A stretch of DNA of 64,000 bases from an uncultured Staphylococcaceae bacterium (GTDB lineage Bacteria > Bacillota_I > Bacilli_A > RFN20 > CAG-826). Under the pieces are notes generated by a model. It saw only the letters and a list, made by a program, of their open reading frames with translations, had not been told where the DNA came from and did not search any database. A program made the translations under genes and the position numbers. Below are positions 58,134-64,000 of this stretch, one piece after another. Position 1 is the first letter of the stretch, and each line of letters opens with the position of its first letter. Location of the stretch: assembly GCA_964433025.1 (NCBI GenBank), contig CAYSPV010000002.1, forward strand, positions 3,677 through 67,676, given 5' to 3'.

Positions 58134-59894
58134 TTAATAATTATTTGATTTAGATTTTTCTCTTACAAATTTTAAGAATGCTTCTTTTAAGTCGGTGTTT
58201 GCCTCTAATACCTTATTAACATCTACTTTTATTACTTGTCTATCATAGGTAATAAAGCCATTAAGTTCATCTTCTACATCACTTAATTGAGTATATACAT
58301 AAGCCGATAAACCATGTTTTGAAACTGCATTTTTAACTTCAGTTAAGAATAGATTATAAATATTATCGCTTAGTTCTTTTGAGTCTACCATTGGTTTATA
58401 ACCAAATGATTTTCTAGAAAATGAGTGGCCCTCAATTTTTAAAGAATAACCACCAAATTCAGATAAGACTAATACTCGTCTATGATCATTATGTAAAGCT
58501 ATGGTTTTAAAATAGACGTGTTTAGAATCACAATCACCACATCCTTGATCAAACCATCCAGATGTAGAATCTATTAATCTATAAGGATCTTCTTTTCTTA
58601 ATATTTCAGTATTTTCTTTTGCGTTAAATTGTCCCCATCCTTCATTAAATAAAGTCCATAGGGCTATGCTAGGATGATTATATAAAGTAGAAACTGTTTT
58701 TTTAAGTTCTTTAATAAATTGTAATTTTGATTTTTCATTTATTCTGCCTAAGGCAGAATTGTTTTCATCATCAATATTAAAGTTAATAAAAGGCGCTAGA
58801 TATATGTAGCGTTTTTTATATTTAGCTCCGCCATTAACGATGTCTTGCCAAACAATCATACCTAATTTATCACAGTGATAATAAAATCTATCCGCTTCCA
58901 CTCTAGCGTGTACTCTTAACATATTAAATCCTAACTTTTTAGCTAGATTAATATCATGGATATAATCTTGATCATTTTTAGGAGTGTATATTCCTGGATA
59001 ATAATATCCTTGATGTAATACTCCTTGCATTAATATTGGTTCATTATTTAAGGTAAATAGTTTATATGTTTTATATTCTTGATAGGAAAATTTACGCATA
59101 GCAAAATATGATCTAATTTCATCATCTTTATATCTGATGACTAAATCATATAAAAAGGGATTATCACAAGTCCAAGGAATAAAACTATTAAAATTAAAAG
59201 TTAATCCTTCTCCATTATTTGATATCATCTTTCCTTTTAATTTATCTTGTTCATATATTTCTACGATGATGTTTTTAGGATTATTAAAAGTATCAAATTC
59301 TATAGATACTGCTTTACTGTCAAATCTTGGAATGATTTTTATATTTTTAATATAACTAGAAGGTACACTTTCTAAAAACACGGTTTGATATATACCACTT
59401 ATAGCGGTATACCAAATACCCCCTCTTTTATATCTTTGTTTACCTCTAGCGTATATCTCACTATCAGCATCATCATAAACAACGATATAAATTTCATTTT
59501 CACCTTTAATATCTAAATAACTAGTAATATCTACACTTATAGGTAAATAGCCAAAAAAGTTTTGATATATAAGTTGTCTATTAATATAAATTCTACTTCT
59601 TTGATCAATAGCCCCTATATTTAAAATAACTCTTCCCTTATTAAATCTATCAGGTAAAACTAAAAACTTTCGATAATGTAAAAATTCATCTTTTTTTAAT
59701 TGGCGGTTAACATTGCTTTTAGGAGATTCAGGAGAATATGGTACACATATTTTTCCCATAAATTTATCTATCAAAACTTCTGATTTAGAAAATGCATAAT
59801 CCCAATCACCATTTAAATTAAGATAAGAATCTCTTCTAAATTGCATGCGAGGATATTCTTGTAAAGGCAAGGTTTTTTTAATATCGAATTTCAT
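58134..59894 (-). CDS. Glycoside hydrolase family 2 (beta-galactosidase/beta-glucuronidase-like)
   Basis: GH2 sugar-binding N-terminus, acid/base WTLFNEGWG, and nucleophile region LSEFGG. 586 aa. Confidence 0.85.
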   Translation of the reverse strand: MKFDIKKTLPLQEYPRMQFRRDSYLNLNGDWDYAFSKSEVLIDKFMGKICVPYSPESPKSNVNRQLKKDEFLHYRKFLVLPDRFNKGRVILNIGAIDQRSRIYINRQLIYQNFFGYLPISVDITSYLDIKGENEIYIVVYDDADSEIYARGKQRYKRGGIWYTAISGIYQTVFLESVPSSYIKNIKIIPRFDSKAVSIEFDTFNNPKNIIVEIYEQDKLKGKMISNNGEGLTFNFNSFIPWTCDNPFLYDLVIRYKDDEIRSYFAMRKFSYQEYKTYKLFTLNNEPILMQGVLHQGYYYPGIYTPKNDQDYIHDINLAKKLGFNMLRVHARVEADRFYYHCDKLGMIVWQDIVNGGAKYKKRYIYLAPFINFNIDDENNSALGRINEKSKLQFIKELKKTVSTLYNHPSIALWTLFNEGWGQFNAKENTEILRKEDPYRLIDSTSGWFDQGCGDCDSKHVYFKTIALHNDHRRVLVLSEFGGYSLKIEGHSFSRKSFGYKPMVDSKELSDNIYNLFLTEVKNAVSKHGLSAYVYTQLSDVEDELNGFITYDRQVIKVDVNKVLEANTDLKEAFLKFVREKSKSNNY

Positions 59895-60075
59895 AAATTT
59901 ATATATACTAATTTTATACTAAATTAGTCAAATATTTTACAATAATTTCTTAAGCATAAATTAAGGTGCTTGTATATAAAAATTTTTTAACTTTTTTACA
60001 GTGTATAAAATTTAGTAATTTTTGTTATTTTTTTATTTTCTAGATAAATTTTTTTTATTATTATAAAACCCAGAA

Positions 60076-60092
60076 CCACTAAATAGTAGTGG
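60076..60092. promoter_or_regulatory. Inverted repeat CCACTA-AATAG-TAGTGG overlapping the -35 region of the putative nrdD promoter (NrdR-box-like)
   Basis: Perfect 6-bp arms. TATAAT lies at 60102-60107, downstream of the repeat. A second palindrome TGTAGAA...TTCTACA is at 60125-60149. Confidence 0.3.
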
Positions 60093-60174
60093 CCTTAATA
60101 CTATAATCAAAAAAATTAATTATTTTGTAGAAATAATTATTTATTCTACACTTAATGGAAAGGAAAAAAGGGAT

Positions 60175-62556
60175 ATGTTACAAGTTAGAAAAAGAGATGG
60201 AAATTTAGAACAATTTAATTTAAGTAAAATAACCACTGCAATAGAAAAAGCCTTTATTGCAGAACATAAATATTACAACCAAGACATTATTAATATGTTA
60301 GGTCTTCGCACTACCGCAGATTTTAATAGTAAAGTTAAAAATGAAATCGTTGATGTTGAAGATATTCAAGACTCTGTTGAAGTAGTCTTAATCCAAGCAG
60401 GATATATAGATGTTGCTAAATCATATATTATCTATAGAAAACAACATGAAAATTTAAGAACAATTAAATCTACTTCTATAGATTATAGAAATATTGTTGA
60501 TAATTATTTAAAAGTCACTGACTGGAGAGTTAAGGAGAACTCCACTGTTACTTATTCTGTAGGTGGATTAATTTTATCTAATTCAGGCGCTATTACTGCT
60601 AATTATTGGTTAAGTGAAGTATATGATCAAGAAATTGCTAACGCCCATAGAAATGCTGATATCCATTTACATGATTTATCTATGTTAACAGGATATTGTG
60701 CTGGGTGGTCATTAAAACAATTAATTAAAGAAGGATTAGGAGGAGTTGTAGGTAAGATTACTTCCGCTCCTGCTGAGCATTTATCTACTTTATGTAATCA
60801 AATGGTTAACTTTTTAGGAATATTACAAAATGAATGGGCAGGTGCTCAAGCTTTTTCAAGCTTTGATACTTATTTAGCCCCATTTGTAAAAGTAGATAAT
60901 TTATCTTATAAAGAAGTTAAACAATGTATTCAATCATTTATATTTGATGTTAATACCCCATCTAGATGGGGTACTCAATGTCCTTTTACTAATGTTACTT
61001 TAGATTGGACTGTCCCTGATGATATGGCAGAATTAAATGCAATTGTAGGTGGAAAAGAACAAAACTTTAAATATAAAGATTGCATAAAAGAAATGGCGAT
61101 GATTAATAAAGCCTTTATTGAAGTAATGATTGAAGGAGATGCAGTTGGAAGAGGCTTCCAATATCCTATTCCTACCTATTCAATTACTAAAACATTTGAT
61201 TGGTCTGAAACTGAAAACAATAAACTCCTCTTCGAAATGGCGGCTAAATATGGTACACCATATTTTAGTAATTATGTTAATTCTGATATGCAACCAAGTG
61301 ATGTTAGAAGTATGTGTTGTCGCTTAAGATTAGATCTTAGAGAATTAAGAAAAAAATCAGGGGGATTTTTTGGAAGTGGCGAATCTACAGGAAGTGTAGG
61401 TGTGGTCACTATTAATATTCCTAGAATTGCCTATTTAGCAACCGATGAACAAGATTTTTATTATCGATTAGATAAAATAATGGATATTGCGGCTAGATCT
61501 TTAAAAATTAAAAGAAATACGATAAGCGCTCTTTTAGAAGCAGGTTTATATCCATACACTAAACGTTATTTAGGTACATTTAATAACCACTTCTCTACAA
61601 TCGGACTTGTGGGTATGAATGAAGCTTGTTTAAACGCTAGATGGATTAAAAAAGATTTAACTCATATAGAAGCACAAAAATTTACCAAAGATGTTTTAAA
61701 TCATATGAGAGATAGATTATCTGATTATCAAGAATTATATGGTGATTTATATAATTTAGAAGCTACACCTGCAGAATCAACAGCCTATAGACTTGCAAAA
61801 CATGATAAAGCTAGATATCCAGATATAGTTACTGCTTCTAAAAATGATGAAACACCTTATTACACTAATTCATCTCATTTACCAGTAGGATTTACAGATG
61901 ACATATTTAAAGCTTTAGATATTCAAGATGAATTACAAACTTTATATACATCTGGTACAGTATTTCATGCTTTCCTTGGACAAAAACTTCCATCCTGGAA
62001 ATCTTGTATGAATTTAGTTAGAAAGATAAGCGAAAATTATCATTTACCTTATTACACTATTTCTCCTACATACTCAGTATGTAAAGATCATGGATATTTA
62101 GATGGAGAACAAAATGAATGTCCAATATGTCATGCTAAAACAGAAATATATTCTCGTATTACTGGCTATTATCGACCAGTTGAAAACTGGAATGATGGTA
62201 AAGCTCAAGAATTTAAAGATAGAAAAACTTATGATATTGATAATTCTCATCTCACTCATCAATTAAAAGAAAGTGGTATTGATGATATTGTAGACACTGT
62301 TAAAAGTAGTGATGATATAACTACTCCAATACTATTTACTACTTCTACATGTCCAAATTGTAAAATAGCGAAAATGTTATTAGAGAAAGCTAATATATCT
62401 TATCAATTAGTCAATGTTGATGATGAAGATGGTAAATTATTAGCCATTAAATATAACATTAAAAAAGCCCCCACTTTATTAATTGGTCATGGTGATGATT
62501 TTGAAGTATATGATAATGCTTCTAAAATCAAAGGATTTATTGAGGCTTCTGCTTAA
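60175..62556 (+). CDS. nrdD: Anaerobic (class III) ribonucleoside-triphosphate reductase with a C-terminal glutaredoxin/NrdH-like domain
   Basis: N-terminal ATP-cone (VRKRDGNLEQF), Cys loop SMCCRLRLD, Zn site CKDHG...CPICH, and glycyl-radical motif SRITGYYRP. About 110 extra aa carry TSTCPNCKIAK. Confidence 0.93.
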   Translation: MLQVRKRDGNLEQFNLSKITTAIEKAFIAEHKYYNQDIINMLGLRTTADFNSKVKNEIVDVEDIQDSVEVVLIQAGYIDVAKSYIIYRKQHENLRTIKSTSIDYRNIVDNYLKVTDWRVKENSTVTYSVGGLILSNSGAITANYWLSEVYDQEIANAHRNADIHLHDLSMLTGYCAGWSLKQLIKEGLGGVVGKITSAPAEHLSTLCNQMVNFLGILQNEWAGAQAFSSFDTYLAPFVKVDNLSYKEVKQCIQSFIFDVNTPSRWGTQCPFTNVTLDWTVPDDMAELNAIVGGKEQNFKYKDCIKEMAMINKAFIEVMIEGDAVGRGFQYPIPTYSITKTFDWSETENNKLLFEMAAKYGTPYFSNYVNSDMQPSDVRSMCCRLRLDLRELRKKSGGFFGSGESTGSVGVVTINIPRIAYLATDEQDFYYRLDKIMDIAARSLKIKRNTISALLEAGLYPYTKRYLGTFNNHFSTIGLVGMNEACLNARWIKKDLTHIEAQKFTKDVLNHMRDRLSDYQELYGDLYNLEATPAESTAYRLAKHDKARYPDIVTASKNDETPYYTNSSHLPVGFTDDIFKALDIQDELQTLYTSGTVFHAFLGQKLPSWKSCMNLVRKISENYHLPYYTISPTYSVCKDHGYLDGEQNECPICHAKTEIYSRITGYYRPVENWNDGKAQEFKDRKTYDIDNSHLTHQLKESGIDDIVDTVKSSDDITTPILFTTSTCPNCKIAKMLLEKANISYQLVNVDDEDGKLLAIKYNIKKAPTLLIGHGDDFEVYDNASKIKGFIEASA

Positions 62557-63458
62557 TGTTTGATGTCATTATTATAGGAGGTGGCCCTTCGGGTATGAGT
62601 GCTGCCCTTTATCTACTTAGAGAAAATAAAAAAGTTTTAATAATAGAAAAAGAAGCTTTTGGAGGACAAATCGCTACTTCTCCTAGACTTGAAAATTATC
62701 CTTCTATTAAATCTATAAGTGGAATCCAATTTAGCGATAACCTATTTGAACAAATATCTTCTTTAGGTGTGGAATTTGAATTAGATGAAGTATTAAAAAT
62801 AAATAAATTAGATGATAAATCTTTTGAGGTTGTGACTAATTATAGTATTTATAATTCAAGATGTGTGATAATCGCTAATGGGATGAAACACCGCCATTTA
62901 GGCTTAAAAAATGAAGAAGAATTAATAGGTAAAGGCATATCTTACTGTGCGACTTGTGATGGACCTTTTTATAAAGGTGAAGAAGTTAATGTTATTGGGG
63001 ACGCTAATTCGGCTTTACAATATGCAATATGTTTAGCAAGTTATTGTAGAAAGGTTAATATGTATTGTTTATTTGATCATTTATTTGGTGATAAATATTT
63101 ACAAGATAAAGTATTAGATAATCCTAAAATAACAATTAATTATAATATGTCTTTACAAGAAATAATTGGTAATGACAATTTAGAAGCACTAGTGTTTAAA
63201 AACACTAGTAATGATGAAATTATTAATATAAAAACAAATAATGTCTTCGTGGCAATAGGTCAAATATCTGATAATGATAAATTTAAAGATTTAATTAAAT
63301 TAGACAATGGCTTTATTGTGGTTGATGAAAATATGAAAACATCTTTAGAAGGCGTTTTTGCCTGTGGAGACACAATTAAAAAAGAAATTAGACAAGTAGT
63401 TAATGCTTGCTCTGAAGGTGCGATCGCAGCGTTAAGCGCTATTAAATATTTAAATTAA
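62556..63458 (+). CDS. Thioredoxin reductase-like flavoprotein lacking canonical NADPH-binding motifs
   Basis: FAD motif IIGGGPSGMSAA and redox-active CATCDG. Where GGGNSA/HRRxxxR is expected it reads GDANSA and FDHLFGDK. The ATG overlaps the nrdD TAA by 1 nt. Confidence 0.8.
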   Translation: MFDVIIIGGGPSGMSAALYLLRENKKVLIIEKEAFGGQIATSPRLENYPSIKSISGIQFSDNLFEQISSLGVEFELDEVLKINKLDDKSFEVVTNYSIYNSRCVIIANGMKHRHLGLKNEEELIGKGISYCATCDGPFYKGEEVNVIGDANSALQYAICLASYCRKVNMYCLFDHLFGDKYLQDKVLDNPKITINYNMSLQEIIGNDNLEALVFKNTSNDEIINIKTNNVFVAIGQISDNDKFKDLIKLDNGFIVVDENMKTSLEGVFACGDTIKKEIRQVVNACSEGAIAALSAIKYLN

Positions 63459-64000
63459 TATCCTCTTAATTCGACATTATTAACATATTTTTTTAAGACG
63501 TTTAGATACTCTAAAGCGTCTTCTTTTTTTATTTCTTTTAGGCTTTTATCAAAACAGGTTTCCGCTAAGACGAATTTTTGTAAATAAAATCTTTTAGCAC
63601 CTCTACATAATATTCCAATATTAATAATAGATTCTAGATTATTATATTGTTTGACTAATGTTGTTCTAAATTCATAATCAAAATCAGAATTAATTAAATA
63701 ATTAATTGTCTTTTTAATATTTTCATAATTAATGTTAGATACACCTGCTACTAATGAATAACCATCTAAATCAGATTTAATATCCATTGCAAGATAATCA
63801 ATAAGTTTTTCTTCTATTAATTCTTTAACTATTTCAAAGTTTGTCCCATTCGTATCTAGTTTTACTAGATAACCTAATTCTTTAATTTGTTTTATAACAT
63901 CTTTTAAATCTTTATATAAAGTAGGTTCTCCTCCAGAGATTACCACTGCATCTAAGACATTCTTTCTTTGTTTTAAATAATGTAATATTTCATTAAAATC
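63455..64000 (-). CDS. nrdG: Anaerobic RNR activating enzyme (radical SAM); N-terminus runs off the window end
   Basis: The frame stays open to position 64000 (…DFNEILHYLKQRKNVLDAVVISGGEPTLY…KLDTNGTN). The track M at 63946 is an internal GTG (Val). Confidence 0.85.
   Translation of the reverse strand, partial: DFNEILHYLKQRKNVLDAVVISGGEPTLYKDLKDVIKQIKELGYLVKLDTNGTNFEIVKELIEEKLIDYLAMDIKSDLDGYSLVAGVSNINYENIKKTINYLINSDFDYEFRTTLVKQYNNLESIINIGILCRGAKRFYLQKFVLAETCFDKSLKEIKKEDALEYLNVLKKYVNNVELRGY

Noticed and set aside
56692-59894. The MFS transporter plus GH2 glycosidase considered as a novel sugar-utilisation system.
   Set aside because: This is an ordinary two-gene glycoside uptake and hydrolysis pairing. 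The genes are convergent rather than an operon, no regulator is present, and nothing is unusual beyond their presence in a small genome.
59895-60075. Possible riboswitch or small RNA in the long leader between the GH2 gene and nrdD.
   Set aside because: The sequence is almost pure A/T, with homopolymer runs and no G/C-containing conserved-looking helices. I could fold nothing convincing by eye, so only the two palindromes nearer nrdD are reported.

Overview
Very AT-rich (roughly 25-30% G+C by eye), extremely gene-dense chromosomal core region. It reads cleanly in the standard genetic code: conserved proteins are full length and TGG encodes Trp, so there is no sign of UGA recoding. Gene content and order look like a reduced, probably wall-less Bacillota/Mollicutes-type (Acholeplasma-like) organism. 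The evidence is the Bacillus-type synteny rqcH / gmk-priA-...-rsmB-like-rlmN-stp-prkC-rpe / rpmB, a PrkC with no PASTA or TM region, lipobox lipoproteins, a PPi-type phosphofructokinase and AddAB. The window holds, mostly on the minus strand: M42 peptidase (partial), trmB, an ECF-S-component::PepV fusion, coaX, leuS, glgA-glgD-glgC, a DUF4143 ATPase, rpmB, the rpe-to-priA block, gmk, an rqcH-like gene, trmL, ppa and two thioredoxin-fold lipoproteins. It continues with a complete F1Fo ATP synthase operon preceded by pfp, a uridine-kinase-like gene, addB-addA plus a third coupled ORF, glpK, pepP and yigZ. A 2,109-aa acidic membrane-anchored giant protein follows, then a Zn-ribbon CPBP protease, a TraX-like protein, trxA, tRNA-Gly(UCC), rdgB, a YhhN protein, an MFS transporter and a GH2 glycosidase. 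The window ends with a class III RNR module (nrdD with a fused redoxin, an atypical trxB-like gene and a partial nrdG). I see no transposase, integrase, CRISPR array, prophage or recognisable defence island. The best novelty candidates are: (i) the giant acidic protein locus with its divergent CPBP/TraX genes; (ii) the redoxin-fused NrdD plus a thioredoxin reductase lacking NADPH motifs; (iii) the PanT-like::PepV fusion next to coaX; (iv) a two-carboxylate Na+-type c-subunit; (v) a catalytically dead RsmB-like protein with loss of def-fmt from the canonical slot; (vi) a minimal AddAB with a coupled third gene. All functional calls rest on motif recognition by eye and need database or structure confirmation.
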